Source: Salpingoeca rosetta (lineage: Eukaryota; Protista; Choanoflagellata). Taken from it: a stretch of DNA of 64,000 nt. The stretch spans positions 918,996 to 982,995 of the forward strand of contig JAWQFM010000018.1 of assembly GCA_033442325.1 (NCBI GenBank), given 5' to 3'. The notes below the pieces were generated by a model that saw only the letters and a list, made by a program, of their open reading frames with translations, made no database searches and was not told the DNA's origin. The position numbers and the translations under genes were made by a program. Positions 36,410 to 51,506 of the stretch are shown piece after piece (within the stretch, counting starts at the first letter, position 1; each line of letters starts with the position of its first letter).

Positions 36410-38578
36410 TGCACGCATGCACGCACGCACAACGCACCGAGCTGGTTCTTGCCGTCGACGTCAAGAAAGTTCATGAGCACATGCACATCCTCTGGTGTAA
36501 AGTCGCCGCCAAGCTTACACAGCCCCTCATGCATCTCTTGTCGCGTCACAAATCCGCTGCCATTCTGGTCGAGCCGTCTCAGAATGTCCATCACACGCAG
36601 CTTGTCGCGTGACATGATGGCCTCCAGAAACGTCACCCACTTAAAGTAGACGCTAGGCGCCTGGCCCAGGTTGAGTTGCTCGGCAAAATCGCGCAGGGAT
36701 TTGAGTCCTTCCAGGCCGCCCTCGCCCTCCAGTGTACCCAACCCACTGGAAGGTTCCTCCACAAGGTTCACACCGCCGCCGTGCGGGTCCACCTGTGCTG
36801 TTGTTGCCAAAAAGTAGTCAAGCACCGTCGTCGCCTTCAGCCACTTCTCCGGGCTGGACAGGGGGCCTGTCATCTTGCCCATCCGCAAGTCTGTTGTGTG
36901 CGTGCCTGGAGGGTGCGGGCTGGTGGGGCCGGTACCACGCAGGTGCATGGTGCCTGTTGCCTGCGATGGTGGTGTCTGCATGGCGTGCTGTCGCCTCCGC
37001 CTGGCCATCACGTCGTGCGCTGCTGGTGTCGCGATGAAGTGCTGCTGCTCAAGCGGCTCCGCGTCGCCGTACTCATCAGCGCGGGTGGTGTCACCGCCAC
37101 TGGCACCGCCCGTATCCATCGTGCGTGTGCCCGCACCACGGCCAACACTCCGCTGCATCTTGCTTGGGGTGGATGTCACAGTCCCACCACCACGGTCACC
37201 ACCACGGTCACCACCACGGTCACGACCGCCGCGACCACGGGTGGATGTGTTGGTTGGGCGACGCAGCTGCTTGTTGAGGGCGTGCTGTTTGTACTTGGTG
37301 ACACCAAGCGATGCCAGGACGTCTTGGGTGCTGCTGAGGGACTGTGTCTTGCCGAGGAACGAGGGTTGGTCGTTACGGCGTGGGCGCGCGTGGGTTTGGC
37401 CAAAGTCGCGCTGTCGTTGCATGAGACTCACACGACCACGTGTGGTGGGCGTGCGGGTGTTTCCGCCCCTTGATGCTGCTGTTGTTGCCGGCTTCTTCGT
37501 CCTTTTCTTCTTGTTTGCGCTCGTGACTGCGCGGGCCCGAGCTCCAGTCGCTGACGTTGCCGATGCCGCTGTTGACGCGTTCTTTCCTCTGCCAGCGCCA
37601 CTGCGAGCAGCAGCTGCAGCAGGTTTTGTTGCCTTCGTTGCTCGGGCATTCTTGCCTGTGCGAGGAAAGTCGGACGTGGTTGCGCGCTTCTGTGCACTGC
37701 TTGCAGCCACAGCTGTGCCTGGGCTCCTGGCTGGGCTCTTTGCACTGGCCAGGTCTTCGTGTTCCGCCTGCGTCACCTCAATGGACGGCAGGGCCTGGTC
37801 CGCGTGGGGATACTCCAGCCGCGTCTCGTCCGGGTGCATGCGGGTGACATTGACGCCCCGGCCAACATCAGCGCCCCATTCGTCATGCGCGCTGGCGCGG
37901 GCGGTGGTATCGTGCTCCATCATTGCCGTGTCCTCGTAGCCGCGCGTGACATCGCCAGCGTCATAGAAGCGCTCGTCGTTATCGCTTTCGGCGTCAGCAG
38001 CATCCCGTGCGTCAAAATCGAAATCGTTGTCGCCTCCCTCGTCACCGGAGAGCATCAGGTCGGAGCGGTCTGCATCATCATCGCCCACACGGGTGGCGCC
38101 AAAGACAGCGGCAGCGGTATCACCGTTGTTGTCGTCGCTGCCGAAGGAGAGGTCTGAGCGGCTCTGCGCCTCCTCAAACTCGTCGTCGTCGCCATCGTCG
38201 GAAAAATCTTGCGATACTTCCTCCGGGATGTCCTCTTCGAAGTCGTCCTCGTAATCGCCAGCATCTGCTTCATTGTTGTTGTCTTCGCTGCGACGGCTGC
38301 TGTTGGGTTGTGTGGGGGAGAGGTCAAAGTCGCTGCCAGACTCGTTTTCCTCCTCGTGGTCGCTGTCTTCGCCCGCGCGCCCTTCGCGCAGAAACGCCTG
38401 CAACGGATCTGTATGGATGTGGGAATGTGTGAGTGAATGTGCATGTGGTTTGGGTGAAAGTGAGTAGGTGTGCATGTGTGCATGTGAGCAAGTGAGCGCA
38501 GGTGAGTTGAGGGACTGAGAGCGCACGCAAAGGACAGACGAGTGAGCGCAACAACATGGACAGTGAGCCCTCACCCAT
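31021..38578 (-). CDS. Very large protein (~2360 aa): acidic/basic disordered N-terminus, EF-hand pair, >1200-aa coiled coil; centrosome/rootlet-like candidate
   Basis: Exons 38578-38575 (ATGG), 38408-36438 and 36131-31021 join in phase. EF-hand loops DQNGSGFVTRQE and DVDGKNQL|DFDD. E/R/A/Q-rich coiled coil in ORF 31021..36294. Confidence 0.8.
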
Positions 38579-38829
38579 CGCCAGTGCTTGTGGCGCTGGA
38601 AGTCGTGTTTGTTGTGGAGGCGGGAAGTGAACGGTCAAGAAATTTATGCATATCTTCATTTAACATTCGACAAAGCGAGGCAGTGGCAAAGGCTGGCTTG
38701 TGGTCACACACACACACACGCACACACACTCACACACCCCCACACACGACAGACACACGCTGAAACACACACGACACGACACACACACACACACATCATA
38801 CACACACACACATCATACACACGCGCATA

Positions 38830-38995
38830 TCATGCGGAAGCAGTCATTTCGCTGGCAAGGGAGAGAATGTGGTCAAGAACGACAGCGGGGTCTTGTTTCT
38901 TAGGCTTGCTCGCGCTGCTGCTGCTGATGCTGCTACTGCTGATTTGTTCCTGTTTCAGCGGCGTATCTCCTCGTTGCTCACTTGTTTGTGGTTTA

Positions 38996-39029
<34 letters not shown>

Positions 39030-41447
39030 GCTCCTCTTCATCGTCCTCTGTTTTCATAGCTATGGTGGCGGGGCCCGCTGTTGGCTCACCGCGTTCATCA
39101 GTCACCTCCGCTTTTACGTCCTTCACGTCCTCGCCTTTGCCTTCCTCTTCCCCAACACTGTCATCGTGGTAGCGGCCTGTGTCCTCAATCTCCACGCTCG
39201 TCTGTGTGCCTTCAACGCTGATTGTTGCTCCCAGTGCTGCGCATGAGACCTTGTATGTGGTCCCTCTTCGGCGCACATGCAAATCAAACTCGCCAGCCTG
39301 TACACGTGTAAGCGAAGTTGTGTGTGTGTGTTGTGTGTGTGTGTTGTGTGTGAATGTGTGTGTGAATGTGAATGTGTGTGTGAATGTGTGTGTGTGTGTT
39401 GAGAGAGAGAGAGAGAGAGCGTGTGTGTGTTTATGCTTGGTACCCAAGGGTACCGTTCAAACTACGCAGCAGCAATGGCACTCATACATGCACACACATA
39501 CGCACATATGCACACATACGCACACACACCGCACACACACATACATACATACACACACACATACATACATACATACATACATACATACATACATACATAC
39601 ATACATACATACATACATACATACAAATCTGACGCACCATGTGGAAGGCAGCGATGAGGGCAGCCAGCGACGGTCGGCGGGGCCGCTTTGCCGGGTGTTG
39701 GTCATCATCGCGGTGGTGCACATCGTCTGCCCGCAGCAGGTACTCGTAGTCCCGCACCTGACATGTTCGGAAGGAGGAGGAAGATGTGTTTGCACGCGTA
39801 TGTAGTGTGAGTGAGCGGGTGAGTGAGCGGGTGAGTGAGCGGGTATGAGTGAGTATGTGTGCGTGTGTGAGTGAGTGTGAGTGTGTGTGTTTGTGTATGG
39901 TAGCAGTGGCGATGGTACAAACACGAGGGTTGGCAGTGGGCAGTCTCGAATCGACAGTCCTCAGCAACCAGCAAACACAAGCAACGTAGACGGATGTACG
40001 CACAGATAGGACGCCAGCAACGTCGGTGAGGGTCTGGTTTGGTTTCAGCCGCGCTAGCAACTGCAAACGGTGGAAGGAACAGCGCATGGCATTGCCAGGA
40101 AGACGGTGAGCCCCCTCTCTCTCACTCTCACTCTCACATGCGCAGGCATCAACCATGGCAAAGGAAGGGGGTGAACAACCAGCAATGCAGAAAGGCGCAA
40201 TGACAACGACAGTAACAACGCCATCAGCTGTAACAGCAGCAACAATTACCTGTGGGTCCATGAGTGCGCTAGTGACGGTGAGCGGGGTTTCGGGCTCAAT
40301 CGTGTGCGTTTCGCCCGCCCGCAGCAGACGGCACTCCCGAGGCTGCAAGGAGGGGGGTGGGTGGTACATGTGTGTTTGTGTTTGTTTGTGTTTGTGTTTG
40401 TGTTTGTGATTTAGTTAGTTCGTGAGTTTGTTTGTTTGCGCGCGCGTGTGATGGAAGTGCGGTGTGTTGCGTGTGCGTTTGATGGGCATTGTGTGAGTGA
40501 TTGATAGTGACAAAGCCCATGTACAAATACGGTGCACTGGTGTTCGCAACCGAGCACATGCACGCACCCGTCCTTGGAGGGGGATAGCGGTTGGTGCAAT
40601 GACGATTTGGGCGTTTGAGTCGTTGACCAAGCGAGCAACCTCCTGCAAAACAAAGGGAAACAACGCGCAAAGGCGGTGAGTGGGTGGATGGAGATGTTGA
40701 TTGTGATCGTTGTTTTCGCAGGAAGAGGACGGTGCTGTGCACTCAACGGAAACACACGCACACACAGAGGCAGGCAGACAGACAGACAGACACACACGCA
40801 CACACACACACACACACAGAGGCAGACAGACAGACAGACAGACAGACAGGCACACACACACACAGAGGCAGACAGACAGACACACACACACGCACGCACA
40901 CATAGATACACAGACACAGACATGTCATGAGAGGCGCACCTGGGTCCTGAGTCGGGGGTCGATGGTGAACTGCATCACCTGACACCGCAGCGGCTGAAAC
41001 CGTGCAAGTGCCGCCTGTCAATGCACGCATACATGCGTGAGAGGGGAACGTCCAACGGGTCAGTGTGAATTGTTGGGTATTCGTTTGAAAGATGCAGCGA
41101 CACCAGAGTCAGGTGCCACGCCATCACTGCACCCACGGCCACCACGACCACCACCACAACCACAACCACGGCAGCCATCACTGCACCCACGACCACCACG
41201 ACCACCACCACAACCACAACCACGGCAGCCACCACTGCACCCACGGCCACCACGACCACCACCACAACCACAACCACGGCAGCCACCACCGCCGCCACGG
41301 CCACAGCTGTCGGCACCTCGGCGTGGAGGTCTGCCTCGACGAGAACGAGGGCGCTGTTTGGCGAGGACTTGATCAGCTCAATCGCCCGCACAACGGGGCC
41401 AAACCGCAGGCCAGGGTCGTCTGGTGGCGTCGAGCGGTGGTTGCGGT

Positions 41448-41480
<33 letters not shown>

Positions 41481-42861
41481 GAGGCAACGTTGGTGTTGTG
41501 TAAGTCGTCGAGCAGGAGAAAGGTAGGGAGAAGAGCACAAACGAGGAGACACACAGTAACAGACATGGAAACGTCCGCGTCACCGCCACAATCATGACCA
41601 CCACTGCAACCACCAACGTCACCGTCATCGCCACCCCCCTTCCCATCGCAGCTGGTGGTGTCACCTGCGAAGATGATGCATGGTTCTCTGAATGCGCGGT
41701 GGAACTCTGGATCGGTGATGGACTCAAACAGGCGAAGGCGGCCCGTCTCCACTGGCGTGTGTATGTGTGCATGTGTGCATGCGTGTATGTGTGTTTGGTG
41801 TGTGAAGGGAAGAGGGTGAAGGGACGGCAGATGAGCAGGTAAACCGCAAGCATGTAAAGGAAACCGTGACAAAGAGAAAAAGACACATACACACACACCA
41901 CACCCAAGCACACCCACACCACACACGCCTTTCCCGGCTCCCTACCAAGGTTGTGGTGGTTGAATGGCCAGTTTGCACTGTAGAGGGGCTTCTGTTTCTC
42001 TTTGCTCAGCCTGAATGACAGCATTGCGGCGCGCGCATGTCAGGATGTGTATGTGAACATGAGCATGTCAATTTGTGGGCGTGTGTTGAGTGGTCGAGAG
42101 CAAGCAAGCCAAACAAAGAGCACAGCAGGCGAGACTGTGCTTGCAAGCAAACATCGTCCGCTGGCGCCACACGAGTGTATCAAGCAAGGCTGTGCGGACG
42201 GGCATGTCACCATCACCATCACTATCACCATCACAAGCGTCACCACAAGTCCGGGAACACACCACATGCAGTATGCGTTGGCAAAGGCGAGTGCCTGCTT
42301 GCCCTGTGGGGAGACGAGGAAGATGGGCGCGTGCATGTTCGTGCGTCGCAAGACCTTTGACGTGATCTCAATCAAGTCAAAGAGAATACCGTTGAGACGA
42401 ACGGGCACAACAACAGAGCCGCCTCGCGCAATTGTTGACGCTGCAAACACGAACACAATCGCGTGTCATGCGTGAGCAGATGTGGCGGCGTTGGCGTCAA
42501 AGGTGTGTGTGTGTGTGTGTGCGCGTGTGTGTGCGTATGTGTGCGTGTGTGTGTGCGTGTGTGTGAGTTCACGGAATCTCGCAACGCCGTCATACAGACA
42601 GACAGACAGACACACCTACAGCTACACGCACAGACACAGACACACGAAGCGTACCGAGGAAGCTGCCGAATTGGTTGAGGCGGTCGTTTGGCGATTCTGT
42701 CTCTGCGCTCAAATTGCGAAACACGAGCGCACTGCACATCTGCAGCTGCTGTTTGTCTGGTGGTGGTGATGACAGCGGTGGTGAGGGGAACAAGAAGGTC
42801 TTGTATGTGCTGATGTGGACACGCAGTCCTCGACACACACACACACACACACATATGCACG

Positions 42862-42912
<51 letters not shown>

Positions 42913-43622
42913 ACGCATACCGAGGGCGGCCGGGTGGCGCTTTGCGGCGGTGCACGACGGACCAACCAGCCCAACACTCATCGTCGCATCAGATATCACC
43001 CAGTTGCACGCGCCTGCGTCGAGATAACCGTGGGTGATGAATGGTGGTTGGTGGTTGGTGTTGTTGCGGGGATGGAAATGGGGCAGACGAGTGGCCGAGT
43101 TATTCTCCTCACAAAGCGGTTTCGCACACACAGATGCAGAAAGACAGACAGACAGACACACACACACACACAGACAGACAGACACACACACACATAGACA
43201 CACACACACACACAAACTCAGGGGCGCGCACACACAGTGCGTTGTTGAGCGGACGCACCGACGCTGTAACCGCTGCCGACTGGCTGGAGAAATATCCCGC
43301 GCAATATGGGAATACGTTCACGGAGGGCCACAGTCCGAATCTTCACAAAGGTGAGAAAAAATGGGTTGTTGCTTGGCTGTGAGCAGTGTGCCACGCGAGA
43401 ATCACAGACCATCGCAAGCAAACGCACGCATGCACGCACGCACACACGCACGCACACAGAGGATCGTGCCCTCTGCACCTGAATGTCGATGTCGTCGAGG
43501 GTTTCCAGAGGCGGGTGGTGGCTACAAAAGGCAATATGAAGCAGAAAGGGTGAGCTCAGCACGTTGACAGGCAGGTAACTGTGGCTGCATTGTGCAGTTC
43601 ACTTGCACAAGCGCCCACACAC

Positions 43623-43661
<39 letters not shown>

Positions 43662-43680
43662 CATACATACACACACACGT

Positions 43681-43722
<42 letters not shown>

Positions 43723-44796
43723 CCATGCGCTTGCTTACAGGGTGCTCGAGCCAACGTGCTGCGCGCGGGCGGCGCAGCGACGAAGCATCTTGCCAAACTG
43801 CACGGACGGGTCGCTCGCAAACACCTGACCATGAAACCCCTCCGCCTGCACTCGCCCATCCACAGCACATGTACCAGTAAGAGGATGGATGTGTTTGTGG
43901 GTGTATATGTGTGAATGTGTGTGTCGATGCATTTCAGGACAACACAGCGAAGGCGCTGGACTGTATGTGTGTGAATGTGTGTGTGAATGTGTGTGTGTGT
44001 GTGCGTGTGTGTGTGAATGTGTGTGTGCGTATGCATGAGCAAGCAAAAACCATCGGAGACTGCACTGAGAGGCGATGTGGATTACCTGCAGAAACGAGTA
44101 GGCGCCGAGGAGAGATTCGTAGCTGCTGACCAGGACAACGTCCACCTCCTCGGGATCAACGTGGTCAAATGGGTTCTACAGGAAGAACGACTTAGGGTTT
44201 GAGAAAGCGCACAGTGCAAAACAAAACTGGAATTGGCGCAAACTTCAACACATGTGCATGAATTTGCGAGACGCACATATGCAGCAAGGCGAACACAACG
44301 AGATTGCAGCTTGACTTCACACACCACAGTTGCTTGCTGTACAGGAGAGATTGCCTTTGGGTCCTTCTTTCCCAATCTGTACCACACATATTGTTGATAT
44401 TGTTGCAGTGAGTCTAAGATGTTGGCAATCCCTTGCAAAGGTCGTCGCGCTGTTGCATCTCATCGCGAGTACGGCCAAGTGTGCAGCCAAGTGTGCAGCC
44501 AAGTGTGTAGCCAAGAGTGTAGCCAAGTATGCAATCAAAACAAACAAACACACACACACACACCAAGCACGCGCAGTCCCTCAACGCAGCACCCAGTGCC
44601 GTGCATACACACACACACACACACAGGGGCGCGCGTGCGCAAATACTCTTACGCACTTGTATGTGACAGCTTGGACGGCGTCCTCCGGGGTTGCATGCTC
44701 TGGTGCGACGGGCGCATCCACAACGAACGTCACAGACTTCCAGCGAAGCACGAACCATGTTCCCGTCCCATCGCGTCCCCCGCCCGCAAGGCAGCT
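38830..44796 (-). CDS. INTS9: Integrator complex subunit 9 (inactive beta-CASP/MBL), many short exons; first exon upstream of 44796 not firmly located (possible ATG at 45204)
   Basis: Colinear INTS9-like segments: [67 protein letters not shown]|[26 protein letters not shown]|[20 protein letters not shown]. No HxHxDH motif seen. Confidence 0.85.
41121..41290. repeat. 54-bp tandem repeat, 3 copies plus a partial, in an INTS9 intron
   Basis: Units start at 41121, 41175 and 41229 (ccatcactgcacccacggccaccacgaccaccaccacaaccacaaccacggcag). Confidence 0.9.
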
Positions 44797-44937
44797 CTGC
44801 GCGCACACAGGATCGACAGCAGTCACAACAGTCGCAGCAGTCACAACAAAGGAGGGCGATGTCAGCAACCCTCTTGCAGAGAGAAGGAAGAAAGGAGCCA
44901 GACAGACAACAGAAGACACAAACACACAAGAACACAC

Positions 44938-45015
<78 letters not shown>

Positions 45016-46053
45016 GCGCCAACCACTGATTGATTGGGTTGAACCTGACAATCTGGCTGCAACGACGGTTGTAACGGTCTCACCGCCACCACCACCACCA
45101 CCACCGCGCTTTGATCTGCTCTTTGTTTATTTTTCTTATTCTTTTCCTTTTTGGCGCTCCCACGTTGCAGCATTGCTTTGCCAACGTGTCACCCGACCGG
45201 CCATCCCCAACACACGCTTGTGTCCGGGTGTCTTGCTCAGTTTTTCGCTGAGTAAGCACACCCCCCCGTCACCACTGCACTGCATTGCATTGCTGCCCTC
45301 ATCTCCTCCCCCCTGTTGGGTTGAACGCAGCAGCAGCAGCAGCAACAGCAACAGCAGCAGCCACAAGTACATCGCCAGCCAGCGAGTTCATCATTTTCCT
45401 CACGCCGACCAAGACCACAACTTGCAAGAGCCTCTGTCTGCTTTCTCTTACCCCGCTCGCCACCTGCAACCTACAAGAAGCAAGCCACCATGCACCGTCC
45501 CACCTGTGCGTTCATGCATGCACACATGTGCCCACATGCACACGATACACCATCGCACTCGGTTCACCTGTATCTGCATCCTGCCCCATCGCGCTGCCAC
45601 GCATGCCATTGTACCTTTATTGCCATTGCAATCTCGCTGCCGTCGCTCATGTCATCAACTCGTATCCCTCCATATCCGCCCTTCGACATCCCCATGGCCA
45701 CCTTCCATCCCTTGTCTGTGTGTGTGTTTGTCTGTGCGTGCGTGCGTGTGCGCGCCTGTGTGTGTGTGTGTGTGTGTGCGCCTTTGTGTGTGTGTGTGTG
45801 TCTGTGCCTCTCTCGATCTATCTCTCGGCCTCTCTCTCTCTCTCTTTGTGTCTCTGTCTCTGTTTCTCTCCCTCTCGATCTTTCTGTCTGTCTCTCTCTC
45901 TCTCTCTCTTGTCTCTCTCGTCGTGTCTCTCTTCCCCCCCCTCATTTTTCCCTCTCATCTTTCCACCTTCTTCATCACAGCGTCAAGTGCTCAGGGCCCA
46001 AGTGCCAACACCGCCACCGCCACCAGCACCACCGCCACCACCGCCATCGCTGC

Positions 46054-48008
<1,955 letters not shown>

Positions 48009-48283
48009 TGCCTGTGTGTGGCTGCTGGTCTTCATGGATTCCTTTGAAGTGGCAAATGGGTGCTTCTGTGTTGAGTATGATGTGTGTGTGTGTGCTTACT
48101 GATGACATGTGTCAATGTCATGCGTGTGCGTGTGCGTGTGTGTGTGTGTGTGTCGATGACATGAAATGCATGCGTGCTGCTGTTGCCAACTCCATTCCAT
48201 CAAAACCCCACAAGTAGCAAGCAACAACAGCGGACACAAGCACAATCAGTGACATTGCTTCGCCGTTTCTGCTGCCTGTGGAG

Positions 48284-51169
48284 ATGGCGACGATGGACAG
48301 CGATGCACGGCAGGCGCTGGCCATTGTGGCGCAAGAACAGGCAGATGTGGCAATGGCATGCGGGCTGATGCTGACGTGCCGCGGCTTGTTCGATGCTGTG
48401 CCCTTCACGCTGCCCTTGCACGCAGCGGCACACCGCACTGTGCGCCGCACTCTCCTTCAAAGGCACAAGGCGCATGGTGGGGACGATGATGATGATGATG
48501 ATAATGCTGCTTCATACTCCATGGCGGTGGTGTGGTCATGGGACAGAGAGGTGGCACAGGACTCGTTCGTCGAAGCCATGTTCTGGAGGTACACGTGGCT
48601 GGGCATTGCATGGGCCATCACGTCCGTGCCCCAGCACATCATCACGCCAACGGCCCAGCCACTATCACCTCAGCACCAGCAGGAGGCTGCTGCAAGCACC
48701 CCCACAACCACCACCACAACCACCTCTATCACTGGCCCCACACAACCACAACTTGAACTTGAACAACACCAACAACACCAACAGCACCAACAGCACCAAC
48801 AGCATCAGCAGCAAGGGCAGCGGTCGTCCAAGGCAGCTGCCACCTTGACGCTATTCGTGGATTGCCGGAACCCGCAGCACTCAGCGAAGCTGCAAAGACT
48901 GCCTCCACTTTGCTGCCGCAGCATGCACATTCGGCTGGCACAGAGGGGTGCCATCGGCGTTCAAGGGGAGCACAGCAACAGCAATGCCGACGATGACCAC
49001 GATGATGGCGAAGGTGATACCTTCAACCAGCGTCAGCAGCCAGTATCGCAAGCACGGCCTATGCCGGCCAACCAGCGCGTTCAACACTTTCTGGCAGCAG
49101 CCTTGAGGAGCGAAGCTGAGGGCACGGGGCAAGTACAGCACCAGCAGCAGCAACAACAACACCAGCAAGAAGGCGTAGTCCGAGACGGGCAAGACAACGA
49201 ACAGCAGCACCAGCAGCAGTGGGGAGGAGAGGCTGTACATGTACAAGGATTCGAAGACATGGGCCAGTTCGAGCACGTGCACTCACTGCTTGCTCAGCGC
49301 GACGTGACAACAGCGCTTGCCGCTACGCACCAGCTGTATTTGGACGTGCGTGCGCTTCCGCACCATGTGTGCGTAGCCATCGCTTCCCAGCTGAGGGCCA
49401 GCACGCCCACCAAGCTCTGCGGCCTTGCCACCACAAACTCAAGCTTGCTCACAGTCATTCCTCACCAAACACGCGTCCCACGCACGCGCAGCGCGAAGGA
49501 CATACCCGCAACAACCACCGCAACAAGGACACCAACAAGCACGACCACTGCACGCGAGAGGAGCGAAGAGGAAGGCGAGGCCGACGTGTATCGTCGCAAG
49601 CTGGATTACCTGTTGGTGACTGGTGATGTTGCTATGCAGGAGCACATTGACCTCTCGTACATCCGCCACCTCTACATTGAGGGAACGACAGTGGAGCCTG
49701 CGACTCTCAGCTTCAAGCACATCGACACGCTGTACCTGTCCGTCACTGCTAACACCACCCTCAACTGTCGCGAGCTTGCACACGTTGACAAGCTGTTTGT
49801 GGACAGTGCACTCGATACATACCGTGCGCACCGCCCCACCGGGCTTGCTGCCGAGCACGTGCATGACGTTGGCCGCATCACCGCCACATCAGTCGCTCTC
49901 GAGCCAGCGCGCTTGGAGCGTGTGCTTGCCCTGCACGTGCACACGTCCGCTGTCATTCCGTTCAAGCGCTTCACGGGCTTGCGCCACCTGCACGTCAGCA
50001 CCGAGCAAAGCGACACACTGCGCACACTTCCGTCACTGCCAGCCCTTCGGTCACTCCACATTGACCACGTCTACTCCTTGGTTGCCATCAGTGCTCTGCC
50101 TGCATTACGGTCCCTCACCGTGTCGTTTTGTCCATCGCTTCGTCACATTGACGACGACTGCGCGCCAGGCATCGTGCATCTCCAGCAGGTACCTCGCCTC
50201 AGGGCCATCAACCTGGCTCGCGCAACCCACGTGCACATCATGCACGACACTGGGCTGACATCGCTTGTGTCGTTGCGGCACCCGGCACTGCTGCGTATTG
50301 ATGTGCGCGACTCAACGCCACCCGCCCTCACCACCACGGCTGTCCTTATGAGGGCCACCCGTCTCCACATCGCCCTGTGTGCAACACGCCCAGCCACCTC
50401 GCAGCGTGTGCTCACTGCGGCGGCGCAGCACCCATGCCTGGAGCTGACGCTCATGCACAACACACGCGTGTCTGAGCTGCCACATTTGCCCCACCTGCGT
50501 CGGCTGGCAGTCAACACGGCTGTGGTGCCCGATATGCGGAAATGGCCTGGCCGCCTGCCCGAACTCAATTTGATTCGCATTCTGAACGCGGGCTCGAGTG
50601 ATGGCCGCGATGGCAACGGCAGCGGTAGTACCGGCCCTGATGTTGGGAAGAGAGGGCAGAAGGATGAGAAGAGGGAGGAGGGGGAGGAGGCAGATGAGGG
50701 AGAAGCAGAGGACGGGGAAGGGAAGGCGACACAGCAACAACAGCAGCAACAACAACAACAGCAGCAGCAGCAACAACCACAGCAGCAGCACCGCCACTAC
50801 CATCACCATCACCAGCCACCGCCGCTCCACCTTCCTCCAGCAATTGGCCGTTTGCGCATGGACACGTGCCTGTGTATCAAGCGCCTGCGCTTGGAGAATG
50901 TGGAGGAAGCGACTGTGCGTGGATGTGTGGTGCTGCAGCGGTGTCACCTTGCCAACGTGCGGCGTGTCACGTTTGACTACCTGCCAGCACTGACGCGCAT
51001 CACACTGCAACCGTCATCGCCACCACCGCAGTGCGTGTGCATCCGTCACTGCTTTGAACTCTCCAGCACAGCAGCACGTGAACTGAGAGAGCAGGGCGTG
51101 AAGCGCGTCGTTGTTCTGGGGGAGGGAGGGGAACGTGGGACGCAGGGAGGGGTTGGATGGACGGAGTGA
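48284..51169 (+). CDS. Intronless ~960-aa leucine-rich-repeat-like protein, possibly with a degenerate N-terminal F-box
   Basis: Long ORF with LxxLxxLxI/V repeats: FTGLRHLHVS, LPSLPALRSLHID, LPALRSLTVSFCPSLRHI, LPHLPHLRRLAVN, LPALTRITL. Q/T-rich insertions. Confidence 0.7.
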   Translation: MATMDSDARQALAIVAQEQADVAMACGLMLTCRGLFDAVPFTLPLHAAAHRTVRRTLLQRHKAHGGDDDDDDDNAASYSMAVVWSWDREVAQDSFVEAMFWRYTWLGIAWAITSVPQHIITPTAQPLSPQHQQEAAASTPTTTTTTTSITGPTQPQLELEQHQQHQQHQQHQQHQQQGQRSSKAAATLTLFVDCRNPQHSAKLQRLPPLCCRSMHIRLAQRGAIGVQGEHSNSNADDDHDDGEGDTFNQRQQPVSQARPMPANQRVQHFLAAALRSEAEGTGQVQHQQQQQQHQQEGVVRDGQDNEQQHQQQWGGEAVHVQGFEDMGQFEHVHSLLAQRDVTTALAATHQLYLDVRALPHHVCVAIASQLRASTPTKLCGLATTNSSLLTVIPHQTRVPRTRSAKDIPATTTATRTPTSTTTARERSEEEGEADVYRRKLDYLLVTGDVAMQEHIDLSYIRHLYIEGTTVEPATLSFKHIDTLYLSVTANTTLNCRELAHVDKLFVDSALDTYRAHRPTGLAAEHVHDVGRITATSVALEPARLERVLALHVHTSAVIPFKRFTGLRHLHVSTEQSDTLRTLPSLPALRSLHIDHVYSLVAISALPALRSLTVSFCPSLRHIDDDCAPGIVHLQQVPRLRAINLARATHVHIMHDTGLTSLVSLRHPALLRIDVRDSTPPALTTTAVLMRATRLHIALCATRPATSQRVLTAAAQHPCLELTLMHNTRVSELPHLPHLRRLAVNTAVVPDMRKWPGRLPELNLIRILNAGSSDGRDGNGSGSTGPDVGKRGQKDEKREEGEEADEGEAEDGEGKATQQQQQQQQQQQQQQQPQQQHRHYHHHHQPPPLHLPPAIGRLRMDTCLCIKRLRLENVEEATVRGCVVLQRCHLANVRRVTFDYLPALTRITLQPSSPPPQCVCIRHCFELSSTAARELREQGVKRVVVLGEGGERGTQGGVGWTE

Positions 51170-51506
51170 AACTTAATAGTTATTGGTTGTACCGACATGA
51201 ATGAATGTAATAGACGACGAATAACAGCCAGAGGGACAGAGACAGAGGTGCAGTGGGGCAGAAACAGGTGCAGAGGGACACTAGACAGACACACAGACAC
51301 AGACACAGACACGCACACACCCGCACAACACAGACACACACACATACAAGGTGTCACACCCAACACAACCCGCAACAAAACGCTGCGGTTCTTGGCGATT
51401 TGTTGAAAATTTCATAAAATTTTCGGCGGAAGACGACCGCCACAACAACAACAACAACACAACACACCTCTGCCTTCCCTTCCCCTCGTCTTTTGTGCGG
51501 CGTGCA

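Noticed and set aside
44330-46053. 682-aa ORF 44330..46378 as a gene
   Set aside because: Runs antisense to INTS9 and through CA/CT microsatellites; only 46054-46129 looks like a true exon.
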